NCBI GenBank assembly: GCA_963802375.1
Contig: CAWDIJ010000005.1
Location: 280,787 to 344,786, forward strand
DNA length: 64,000 nt
Reading direction: 5' to 3'
DNA from: an uncultured Actinomycetes bacterium
GTDB lineage: Bacteria; Actinomycetota; Thermoleophilia; Gaiellales; Gaiellaceae
Below the pieces are notes generated by a model, which was given only the letters and a program-made list of their open reading frames with translations, was not told the DNA's origin and made no database searches. A program made the position numbers and the translations under genes. Shown one piece after another: positions 56,165 to 64,000 of this stretch; positions within the stretch are counted from its first letter, which is position 1, and each line of letters begins with the position of its first letter.

Positions 56165-57159
56165 TCGGCCGGGCGAACGGCGCGCCGGTGTCGATCACCG
56201 GCCTCGGCACCTATGCGCCGGAGCGGGTGCTCACGAACGACGAGCTGTCCGAGCTGGTCGACACCACCGACGAGTGGATCGTCGAGCGCACCGGCATCAA
56301 GGAGCGCCGGATCGCCGCGCCGGAGCAGGCGATGACGGACCTCGCCCTCCCGGCGGCGCGAATGGCGCTCGAACGCGCCGGCGTGGAGCCGGAGGAGCTC
56401 GACCTGATCGTCGTCGCGACGGTGACCCCGGACATGATGTTCCCGACCACGGGCTCACTGCTCGGTGATCTCCTCCCGGCGCCCAAGGCCGCCGCCTACG
56501 ACCTCCTGGCCGGCTGTACCGGGTTCGTCTACGCACTCGCACAGGCGCACGCAATGGTCTCGGCCGGGCTCGCGAACAAGGCGTTGGTCGTCGGAGGCGA
56601 CGTGCTCTCGAAGATCCTCGACTGGACCGACCGCTCGACGATCGTCCTCTTCGGCGACGGGGCCGGTGCGGTGGTGCTCGAACGGGTCGATGAAGGAGGC
56701 TTCGTCGGATTCGAGCTGGGTGCGGACGGCGGTGGCGGTGAGCACCTCTGGCTGCCCGGCAGCGGCTCCCGGAACTTCGAGCACCCGGACAAGCTCGTGA
56801 AGATGAACGGTCGCGAAGTGTTCAAGTTTGCGACGCGCGTGATGGTGACCTCGGCCGAGGCGCTGCTCGACGAGGTCGGGCGGTCGATCGACGACGTCGA
56901 CGTCTACGTCCCGCACCAGGCGAACACGAGAATCATCGATTATGCGACGAAGAAGCTGGGAATCCCTGAAGATCGAGTGATCGTGAACGTGGACAGGTAC
57001 GGGAACACGTCCTCCGGGTCGATTCCCCTGGCGCTCGGCGACGCGGAAGCCGACGGGCGGCTGAAGGCAGGCTCGCTTGTCCTCATGACAGGGATGGGCG
57101 CGGGCTTGACGTGGGGATCCGCCCTGATCGAATGGACGGCGAACGGAAGGACGACATGA
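56161..57159 (+). CDS. fabH: beta-ketoacyl-ACP synthase III
   Basis: TSDEWI-like [18 protein letters not shown] (Cys), PHQAN (His), GNTSSGS (Asn). ATGA overlap with fabZ. Confidence 0.9.
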   Translation: MIGRANGAPVSITGLGTYAPERVLTNDELSELVDTTDEWIVERTGIKERRIAAPEQAMTDLALPAARMALERAGVEPEELDLIVVATVTPDMMFPTTGSLLGDLLPAPKAAAYDLLAGCTGFVYALAQAHAMVSAGLANKALVVGGDVLSKILDWTDRSTIVLFGDGAGAVVLERVDEGGFVGFELGADGGGGEHLWLPGSGSRNFEHPDKLVKMNGREVFKFATRVMVTSAEALLDEVGRSIDDVDVYVPHQANTRIIDYATKKLGIPEDRVIVNVDRYGNTSSGSIPLALGDAEADGRLKAGSLVLMTGMGAGLTWGSALIEWTANGRTT

Positions 57160-58073
57160 CCAAGGTTGCGTTTTGCTTCCCCGGCCAGGGGTCGCTGGAG
57201 GAGGGAATGGGCCGCGAGATCGCGCTCGCGGTTCCCGAGGCGATGGAGGTCTATCGCGTTGGCAGCGAGGCTTCAGGCCTCGACCTGCAGAAGCTCTGTT
57301 TCGAGTCGCCTCTCGACGAGCTCGTCAAGACGGAGGTCCAGCAGCCGGCGCTCGTTGCCACGAGCCTGGCGGTGCTCGCTGCGCTGAACGCCAGAGGACT
57401 CGCGCCTGATTACGTTGTCGGGCACTCGGTCGGCGAGTTCGCTGCGATCGCCGCAGCCAACTCGATCGACACGTCCGAGGCGATCGGCCTCGTCCGCGAG
57501 CGGGGGCTTGCGATGGCGGAGGCTGCCCGCGAGAGCGACGGGACGATGGCCGCGATTCTCGGCCTGGACGACGAGGTGGTCGAGGAGCTGTGCTCGGAGA
57601 TCGAGGGCGTGTGGCCCGCGAACTACAACTGTCCCGGCCAGATCGTGGTGTCCGGCGAGGAGGGCGCGGTCGAGAAGCTGATCCACAAGGCCACCGCTCT
57701 CGGGGCGCGCCGCGCGGTGAAGCTGAAGGTCTCAGGCGCCTTCCACAGCCCGCTCGTCGAGAAGGCTGCGGAGATGCTCAAGCCGGCAGTCGAGCGGGTC
57801 CGCTTCGCCGATCCGGTCGCGCCGTTCATGTCCACGGTGACGGCGAAGATCGAGCCCGCGCAGCGGATGGCCGGACTGCTCGTCAACCAGGTGACGGCCC
57901 CGGTGAAGTTCACGCAGGCCGCGCAGGGACTCGTGAAGGAGGGCGTGAAGACCTTCGTCGAGGTGGGGCCCGGCAACGTCCTGTCCGGTTTACTGAAGAG
58001 GATCGACAAGACCGTGAAGGCCGTGTCCGTCAACAACGTGGCCGGCCTGAAGAACGTCGAAGAGTCGATCTAG
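57156..58073 (+). CDS. fabD: malonyl CoA-ACP transacylase
   Basis: FCFPGQGS, GHSVGEF (active-site Ser), SGAFHS. ATGA overlap with fabH. Confidence 0.9.
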   Translation: MTKVAFCFPGQGSLEEGMGREIALAVPEAMEVYRVGSEASGLDLQKLCFESPLDELVKTEVQQPALVATSLAVLAALNARGLAPDYVVGHSVGEFAAIAAANSIDTSEAIGLVRERGLAMAEAARESDGTMAAILGLDDEVVEELCSEIEGVWPANYNCPGQIVVSGEEGAVEKLIHKATALGARRAVKLKVSGAFHSPLVEKAAEMLKPAVERVRFADPVAPFMSTVTAKIEPAQRMAGLLVNQVTAPVKFTQAAQGLVKEGVKTFVEVGPGNVLSGLLKRIDKTVKAVSVNNVAGLKNVEESI

Positions 58074-58074
58074 G

Positions 58075-58240
58075 TAGTGCCCCACCCAGCAATACATGCC
58101 GGCTTCTGGCCCGCGATCACGCGGCGCCAGAGCGGACCCTCTTCCTCGCAAAGGCTGACCAGCCTTGGCTCGCCGGAGTGCGCGCTCTGGCTTGGTGCTC
58201 GCGACCCAGAATTCCGGCGGCATTACCGGACGGGGCACTA
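58075..58240 (+). repeat. 166-nt fabD-fabG spacer bracketed by inverted TAGTGCCCC / GGGGCACTA arms
   Basis: The left arm (58075-58083) starts 2 nt after the fabD TAG. The right arm (58232-58240) ends at the fabG GTG. GGGCACTAGTGCCC (58233-58246) is a perfect 14-nt palindrome. Confidence 0.75.
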
Positions 58241-58969
58241 GTGCCCGACTTCTGCTCTCTCGAAGGCCGCACGGCCCTGGTGACCGGTGGGTCGCGCGGG
58301 ATCGGGAAGGCGATCGCGGCCGAGCTCGCGAACGCCGGCGCGACCGTCGTGCTCGGCTACCGGTCGGGCGCGGAAGAGGCTGAGGCCGTGGCGTCCGAGG
58401 TTGGCGGTCGGGCCGTCCAGGCGGACGTCTCGCAGGCCGAGGACGCGCAGCGGCTGGTCGAGGAGGCCGGTGACGTCGACATCCTCGTGAACAACGCGGG
58501 CGTGACGCGCGACGGGCTGCTCGCGCGGATGCCGGACGAGGATTGGCGTGTCGTGCTCGACACGAACCTCGGCGGGACCTTCAACACCTGCCGGGCCGTG
58601 TCGCGCGGGATGATGCGGCGGCGGGGCGGCGCGATCGTGAACGTGTCCAGCATCGTCGGGCTTCACGGCAACCCCGGCCAGACGAACTACTCTGCCTCCA
58701 AGGCCGGGATCATCGGCTTCACGAAGGCGCTCGCGCGCGAGCTCGGGAGCCGCGGAGTGCGGGCGAACGTCGTGGCGCCGGGCTATATCTCGACCAGACT
58801 GACGACCGAACTCCCCGAGGAGCTCCAGAACGCGATGCTCGCCAACACACCGCTCGGACGCTTCGGTGACCCGGAGGACGTCGCCGGCGCCGTCAGGTTC
58901 CTCTGCTCGGATGCCGCGTCGTTCGTCACCGGCGAGGTGTTGCTGGTCGACGGCGGATTGGGAATGTAG
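58241..58969 (+). CDS. fabG: 3-oxoacyl-ACP reductase
   Basis: ALVTGGSRGIGKAIA, NNAG, SS...YSASKAG (catalytic triad). GTG 58241; the frame is open upstream, so the start is slightly uncertain. Confidence 0.9.
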   Translation: MPDFCSLEGRTALVTGGSRGIGKAIAAELANAGATVVLGYRSGAEEAEAVASEVGGRAVQADVSQAEDAQRLVEEAGDVDILVNNAGVTRDGLLARMPDEDWRVVLDTNLGGTFNTCRAVSRGMMRRRGGAIVNVSSIVGLHGNPGQTNYSASKAGIIGFTKALARELGSRGVRANVVAPGYISTRLTTELPEELQNAMLANTPLGRFGDPEDVAGAVRFLCSDAASFVTGEVLLVDGGLGM

Positions 58970-58975
58970 AGCCCG

Positions 58976-60229
58976 ATGTCGATGAACGGACGCAGGCGGG
59001 TTGTGATCACCGGCCTCGGGGCGGTGAGCCCGCTGGGCAACGATGTTGCGACGACGTGGGAGAACCTCGTCGCCGGCAGGTCCGGCGCCGCGGAGATCGC
59101 GCAATTCGACGCAAGTGAGTACCCGGTTCACTTCGCCTGCGAGCTGAAGGGCTTCGAGGCGGCGGACGTCATCGAGAAGAAGCAGGCGCGACGCATGGAC
59201 CGCTTCGCGCAGATGATCGTTGCCGCCGCGCTCCAGGCGCGGGACGACTCTGGAATCGACATCGAGGCTGAGGCCGACCGCATCGGCGGCTCGATCGCCA
59301 CCGGCATCGGCGGCCTGAAGGCGTTCCAGGACTGCTACGACACGCTGCTCGAACGTGGCCCCGACCGGGTCAACCCGTTCTCGATCCCGCAGATCATCCC
59401 GAACATGGGCGCCGGCTGGGTCTCGATGTACCTCGGCACCCGCGGCCCGCTCTCGTCGCAGTGCACGGCCTGCGCGGCGTCCAACATGGCGATCGGCGAG
59501 GCGGCGGACGCGATCCGGCTCGGGCGCGCCGACGCGATGCTCGCCGGCGGCACCGAGGCGGGGATCACCAGGGTCGGGATCGCCGGGTTCAGCGCGATGC
59601 GCGCGCTCTCGCGGCGTAACGAGGCTCCGGAGAAGGCGAGCCGGCCGTTCGACGCTGCCCGCGACGGGTTCGTGATGGGTGAGGCGGCGGGTGTCGTCGT
59701 CCTCGAGGAGCTCGAGCACGCGAAGGAGCGTGGGGCGAAGATCTACGGCGAGCTGCTCGGCTACGGGCTCTCGTCGGACGCTAGGCACGTCACGGAGCCG
59801 GATCCGACCGGGGACAACCCGGCCCGGGCGATGCGGATGGCGATGGCGGACGCGGGCGTGAATTCGGACGAGATCGACTACATCAACGCTCACGGCACCT
59901 CGACGCCCCTCGGCGACGCGAGCGAGACGCGGGTGATCAAGATCGCGCTCGGCGAGGAGAACGCCCGCAAGACGCCGGTTTCGTCCACGAAGGGTGCGAC
60001 GGGCCACTGCCTCGGCGCTGCGGGCGCCGTGGAGGCGATCTTCACGACGCTCGCGGTGGAGCGGAACACGCTCCCTCCGACCATCAACTATGACGAGCCC
60101 GACCCCGAGTGCGACCTCGACTACATCCCGAACGAGGCGCGCGAGGCGGACGTGAAGACCGCGATCTCGAACTCGTTCGGCTTCGGCGGGCACAACGCCT
60201 GCATCGTGATTCGTCAGTTCGACGGTTGA
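58976..60229 (+). CDS. fabF: beta-ketoacyl-ACP synthase II
   Basis: VVITGLG, TACAAS (Cys), NAHGTST (His), GHCLGAAG (His), NSFGFGGHN. Confidence 0.9.
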   Translation: MSMNGRRRVVITGLGAVSPLGNDVATTWENLVAGRSGAAEIAQFDASEYPVHFACELKGFEAADVIEKKQARRMDRFAQMIVAAALQARDDSGIDIEAEADRIGGSIATGIGGLKAFQDCYDTLLERGPDRVNPFSIPQIIPNMGAGWVSMYLGTRGPLSSQCTACAASNMAIGEAADAIRLGRADAMLAGGTEAGITRVGIAGFSAMRALSRRNEAPEKASRPFDAARDGFVMGEAAGVVVLEELEHAKERGAKIYGELLGYGLSSDARHVTEPDPTGDNPARAMRMAMADAGVNSDEIDYINAHGTSTPLGDASETRVIKIALGEENARKTPVSSTKGATGHCLGAAGAVEAIFTTLAVERNTLPPTINYDEPDPECDLDYIPNEAREADVKTAISNSFGFGGHNACIVIRQFDG

Positions 60230-60260
60230 TCCGGCGCCGTCTCGGCGCGACGATGGCGAT

Positions 60261-61331
60261 GTGATGGCCGCTTCATCGCCGATGCCTAAGGGCACGGTCA
60301 CCTTCCTCTTCACCGACATCGAGGGATCGACTGACCTGGCGCGGCGGCTGGGCGCGGACTTCGCGTCGTTGCGCGCGGAACACCGGCGCGTCCTACGCGA
60401 GGCGTTTTCGGCCTATGACGGACATGAAATCGACACGGCCGGCGATGGGTTCTTCGTCGTTTTCGAGCGAGCAGGTGACGCCGTCGGGGCGGCTCTCGCG
60501 GCGCAGCGGGCGGTCGCCGGGCTCGAGCAGCCGCTGCGCGTCCGCATGGGACTCCACACCGCGGAGCCACATTTGAGCGAAGACGGGTATGTCGGGGTTG
60601 GCGTGCATCGCGCCGCTCGAGTCTGCGCCGCTGGTCACGGCGGGCAGATTCTCCTCTCGGCCGCGACCGCGGGAGTCGTCGAGGATCTCGATCTCGAGGG
60701 CGTCGGGTTGCGAGACCTCGGCGAGCACCGGCTTAAGGATCTCGTTCGGCCGCAGCGAGTGTTCCAACTAGACGTTGGCGGGCTCGCCTCCGAGTTCCCA
60801 CCTTTGAAGACGCTGAGCGGCGCGAACGTCTTCGGCACGCTGCTCAGGACGGATCTCGCAGGCTGGACCACGCTTCTGCGCGTGCTTGGGGACGAGGCCG
60901 CGCTCGCGGCCGCCTCCCGTTACCACACCATCGTCGATCGGGCTGCGGAGTCGCATGGAGGGCGCGCGCTCGAGCTGGTGGGGGATCACGGAATCGCGTT
61001 CTTCGAGCGGCCCAGAGACGCCGTAAGAGCTGCTTTAGCAGCTCGCGACGCGGTCCGGCACGAACCGTGGGTCCCCGACGAGCACCGGTGCGCGCTGAGG
61101 TGTGGAATCCACTCGGCCCGAATCGTGTCGGTGCAGCCCGGACAGCTCGGATCTGCCGCGCCGTACGTCATTCGGCTGTGCGACACCGCCGCGCCGTGGC
61201 AGATCCTCGTCTCCCACGCGACCGAAGCTCTCCTCGAGGGGGACGCTCCGGAGTTCGAGCTGGAAGACCTCGGAGAGCGGACGCTTGCCGGCCGGGACAG
61301 GCCCGAGCGCGTGTTCAGCCTGCCGGCCTGA
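60261..61331 (+). CDS. class III nucleotidyl cyclase homology domain protein (two tandem CHDs)
   Basis: First half: TFLFTDIEGST...DTAGDGFFVVF...HRAARVCAAGHGGQILLS. Second half (about residues 190-356) repeats the fold in degenerate form: LLRTDLAGWT...VGDHGIAFF...RLCDTAAPWQILVS. Confidence 0.7.
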   Translation: MMAASSPMPKGTVTFLFTDIEGSTDLARRLGADFASLRAEHRRVLREAFSAYDGHEIDTAGDGFFVVFERAGDAVGAALAAQRAVAGLEQPLRVRMGLHTAEPHLSEDGYVGVGVHRAARVCAAGHGGQILLSAATAGVVEDLDLEGVGLRDLGEHRLKDLVRPQRVFQLDVGGLASEFPPLKTLSGANVFGTLLRTDLAGWTTLLRVLGDEAALAAASRYHTIVDRAAESHGGRALELVGDHGIAFFERPRDAVRAALAARDAVRHEPWVPDEHRCALRCGIHSARIVSVQPGQLGSAAPYVIRLCDTAAPWQILVSHATEALLEGDAPEFELEDLGERTLAGRDRPERVFSLPA

Positions 61332-61361
61332 CCGATCGGTCTCAGCGCTAGTGTCCGACGG

Positions 61362-62015
61362 GTGGAGCGCTGGGCGACGTTCGACTGCTACGGCACGCTG
61401 ATCGACTGGAACGGCGGGATCCGACGTGAGCTCGCGCGGATCTTCGGAGAGGACCGAGCCGGCCGGCTCCTGCACCGGTACCACGAGCTCGAGCCGGGGT
61501 TGGAGGCGGACGGGCGGCTCACCTACCGAGAGGTCCTGACGCAGGCCCTCGAGCGGCTGGCGGAGGAGGAAAACGCCGATCTCGACGACCCGAGCGCGCT
61601 CGCCGACTCGCTGCTGTCCTGGGAGCCCTTCCCCGAGGTGCAGGCGTCGCTGGAGGAGGCGCGCGCTCGCGGCTGGCGGCTCGCGATCCTCTCGAACACC
61701 GATCCAGACTTCATCGCTGCATCGAAGGAGCTGATCGGCGTGCCCTTCGACGAGACGGTTGTCGCGTCCGAGATCGGCTCATACAAGCCGGCGCTCGGAC
61801 ACTGGGAGGAGTTCTCCCGCCGCACCAACGCCGACCCCGCGGGCCATGTGCACGTCGCCGCAAGCCTGTTCCACGACATCCGTCCGGCGAACCAGCTCGG
61901 CATTCGGAGCGTCTGGATCAACCGGCTCGCCGAACGGCCCGGGCCGCAGCCCGATCGGGAGCTGAAGGATCTGAACGGCTTGGCCGACGCGCTCGACGAG
62001 CTCGTGGCACCGTGA
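61362..62015 (+). CDS. HAD-superfamily hydrolase (2-haloacid dehalogenase type II-like)
   Basis: FDCYGTLIDW (motif I), SNT (motif II), KP...(motif III). GTG start. Confidence 0.8.
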   Translation: MERWATFDCYGTLIDWNGGIRRELARIFGEDRAGRLLHRYHELEPGLEADGRLTYREVLTQALERLAEEENADLDDPSALADSLLSWEPFPEVQASLEEARARGWRLAILSNTDPDFIAASKELIGVPFDETVVASEIGSYKPALGHWEEFSRRTNADPAGHVHVAASLFHDIRPANQLGIRSVWINRLAERPGPQPDRELKDLNGLADALDELVAP

Positions 62016-62914
62016 GCATCTCGCTCCGCTCGCCGCTCGTCGACGAGGCCGCAGCCATTGCTGACCTCATCAACCGCACGACCGAGGAGCTCGTCGGCGA
62101 GAGCGAGGAGAACGAGAAGACGGTGCGGCAGTGGCTGACGGCGCCCGAGCTCGACGTCGACAACGACATCCGCGTCGCCGAGCGAGACGGCAAGCTCGTG
62201 GGCTATGCAGACGTCGCGCCCCATCCCGAGCCGAACTACTGGGTGGATGTCCGCGTGCCACTCTCGGAGTCGGACGAGGTACGGGACGCATTGATCCGCT
62301 GGGCGGAGGAGCGAGCGGCCGAGCGAGGCGGCGAGAAGATGCGCGCCTTCAGCCTCGACTCCGACGAGCCCGAGATCGCCGCGCTCGGGCGGCACGGGTA
62401 CGCCGTGATCCGGCACTCCTACCGGATGCGAATCGACTTCGATGAGCCGCCGACGCAGCCGCATTGGCCAGAAGTCCTCTCCGTCAGGCCGGCGACGGAG
62501 GCGGACATCCGCACTGCCTACGACGTCTACTCGGAGACGTTCGCCGACACCTGGGAGTTCGGGAACGACCCATTCGACGAGTGGTCGCACTGGATGCTCG
62601 AGGAGGGCCTCGACCTCTCGCTCTGGTTCGTCGCCGAGGACGACGGCGAGGTCGCCGCAATCGCGCTGTGCAAGCCGTTCGAAGGCGAGGAGGGGCTCGG
62701 TTGGGTTCGCGTGCTCGGCGTCCGGCGACGCTGGCGGAGGCAGGGCGTCGGGCGGGCGTTGCTGCTCCACGTTTTCGGCGAGTTCCACCGCCGCGGCTTC
62801 CACGGGGTCGGTCTTGGGGTCGACGCCGAGAGCCTCACCGGGGCCCACCGGCTCTACGAGAATGCTGGCATGCGCGTCAACCGCCGGTACTTCGTCTACG
62901 AGAAGGTGCTGTAG
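62012..62914 (+). CDS. two-domain GNAT N-acetyltransferase (MshD-like architecture)
   Basis: 300 aa. The C-terminal GNAT domain carries RRRWRRQGVGRALL (acetyl-CoA P-loop), and the N-terminal domain is degenerate. GTGA overlap with the HAD gene. Confidence 0.65.
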   Translation: MSISLRSPLVDEAAAIADLINRTTEELVGESEENEKTVRQWLTAPELDVDNDIRVAERDGKLVGYADVAPHPEPNYWVDVRVPLSESDEVRDALIRWAEERAAERGGEKMRAFSLDSDEPEIAALGRHGYAVIRHSYRMRIDFDEPPTQPHWPEVLSVRPATEADIRTAYDVYSETFADTWEFGNDPFDEWSHWMLEEGLDLSLWFVAEDDGEVAAIALCKPFEGEEGLGWVRVLGVRRRWRRQGVGRALLLHVFGEFHRRGFHGVGLGVDAESLTGAHRLYENAGMRVNRRYFVYEKVL

Positions 62915-62917
62915 GCC

Positions 62918-63694
62918 GTGTCCCGGCTGCGCGCCAAGTGCCCCGACTGCCGGACGTACACGGCGGTTGCGCTCGGACCGGAATACGAGTGCCACGCCTG
63001 CGGGCGGACGTTTGCCGCGGGCCTCGTCCGGGTTCCGCGTGCCTGGGGACAGGGCGGGGAAGCGATGGCCGAAGCGGCATCGCTTCCGCTGCCGTATCCG
63101 GAAGCCGCGGTGATCGAAGAGGGCTCGCTGGCCGAGCAGAGCCTTGCGCTCGCCCTGGAGCTCCCCGAGCGGCCGCTCGTCCTCGGCGGCTGCTGCTGCT
63201 CGCACGTCGGCGCCGTCGAAGCCCTCTCCGCTCGCCACGGCCGGATCGCCGTCGTCTGGTTCGACGCGCACGGCGACCTGAACACAGTCGAGAGCTCCCC
63301 GTCCGGGAACGAGTGGGGGATGCCGCTCCGCATGCTGCTCGACTCAGGCGCCGTCCAGCCTCAGGACGTCGCGCTCGTGGGTGCGCGCAGCCTCGATCCA
63401 CCCGAAGAGGAGTTCATCGCCACGGCCGGCGTCGGAACCGGATCGGAGGCCGTTGTCTCCGCGCTCGACGGAACCGTCGGCGCCTACGTCGCCGTCGACT
63501 TCGACGCGTTCGGAGAAGACGAGGTCGCGTCGTTCATGCCCGAGCCGGGCGGGCTCTCGCTCGAGGAGGCCGAGGAGGTGCTCACCGCCGTCCGAGGGCG
63601 AAAGGACGTCCTCGGCACCGGCCTCTCGGGCCTCGCTCCTGACGAGCGGAACCTGGAACCGGCAAGCCGTCTGACCGCCGCGCTCGGGCTGTGA
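62918..63694 (+). CDS. zinc-ribbon-fused arginase/agmatinase-superfamily (ureohydrolase) protein, atypical
   Basis: N-terminal CPDC...CHAC ribbon, then LGGCCCSH (in place of GGDHS), FDAHGD, GMPLRML, VGARSLD, VDFDAF. Only about 258 aa. Confidence 0.6.
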   Translation: MSRLRAKCPDCRTYTAVALGPEYECHACGRTFAAGLVRVPRAWGQGGEAMAEAASLPLPYPEAAVIEEGSLAEQSLALALELPERPLVLGGCCCSHVGAVEALSARHGRIAVVWFDAHGDLNTVESSPSGNEWGMPLRMLLDSGAVQPQDVALVGARSLDPPEEEFIATAGVGTGSEAVVSALDGTVGAYVAVDFDAFGEDEVASFMPEPGGLSLEEAEEVLTAVRGRKDVLGTGLSGLAPDERNLEPASRLTAALGL

Positions 63695-63708
63695 CGAAGG
63701 AGGACTAG

Positions 63709-64000
63709 ACTCGGCCCATCGCCGAGCGCATCGACATCTCGATCGAGCATCGGAACCTCCCCGAGCCGTCGCAGAACGACAAGCCACACCCGAACACGTG
63801 TCCCGAGTGCGGCTCCCACTACCGAGACGACGAGCTCGCCGTGAATCTCTGGGTCTGTCCGCACTGCAACTACCACTTCCGGATTCGGGCGAAAGACCGC
63901 ATCGCGCAGCTCGCCGACGAGGGGACGTTCAAGGAGGAGGCTGCAGATCTCCGCTCCGAGGATCCGCTGGAGTTCTTCGACATGCGGCCCTACACGGAGC
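63709..64000 (+). CDS. accD: acetyl-CoA carboxylase carboxyltransferase beta subunit (5' part; runs off the window)
   Basis: CPECGSHY...VCPHCNYHFR zinc ribbon, then RIAQLADEGTFKE. The frame opens after TAG 63706-63708 and has no ATG/GTG/TTG before the first CxxC. AAGGAGGA at 63696-63703. Confidence 0.8.

Noticed and set aside
58074-58240. Hidden or degraded acpP in the fabD-fabG gap.
   Set aside because: The gap is too short for an ACP (about 80 aa), and no frame contains a D-S-L attachment motif. The only open frame is the upstream extension of fabG.

Overview
Very GC-rich, gene-dense bacterial chromosome segment spanning the replication-origin region. Gene content and synteny look actinobacterial (Thermoleophilia/Rubrobacteria-like); this is inference only, no search was possible. 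The core landmark is rpmH-rnpA-yidD-yidC-jag-rsmG-parA-parB on the minus strand, diverging from dnaA-dnaN-recF-DUF721(dciA-like)-gyrB-gyrA on the plus strand.

Left of the origin, in window order:
- a stand-alone receiver protein and tRNA-Phe
- a ccmABCD / hemX-like / hemA-hemC-hemD operon
- mog-moaC, then otsA and a TreT-like glycosyltransferase behind an RsbW-like kinase
- an mprA/mprB/pepD-like two-component + HtrA module whose kinase is frameshifted
- moeA
- an envelope glycosylation cluster (GT2, GT4, methyltransferase, DUF2079, GT-C) followed by a class A PBP and an MscS channel
- a sugar ABC transporter
- tRNA-Ile

Right of the origin:
- a MerR-like regulator
- a galT-like / stomatin / NfeD block
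- a secreted amidase
- birA
- a fabZ-fabH-fabD-fabG-fabF cluster without acpP
- a tandem cyclase-domain protein
- HAD, a two-domain GNAT and a zinc-ribbon-ureohydrolase fusion
- the 5' end of accD

I found no transposase, integrase, phage, CRISPR or recognisable defence genes. This is core genome.

The signals the gene list does not explain are non-coding or translational:
1. A 3 x 65-bp tandem array next to tRNA-Ile.
2. A dispersed ~45-nt intergenic element in at least 5 copies, three of them starting exactly at TAG stops.
3. Two ~166-nt intra-operon spacers clamped by the same inverted TAGTGCCC/GGGCACTA arms.
4. A terminator-like hairpin abutting the gyrB ATG.
5. Pervasive 4-nt NTGA stop/start overlaps, including two CTGA junctions. 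Several conserved N-termini have no ATG/GTG/TTG available.
6. Divergent gene pairs with 0-11 bp between start codons.

All coordinates and motifs were read by eye from the sequence. Family names are recalled from protein motifs, not from searches.
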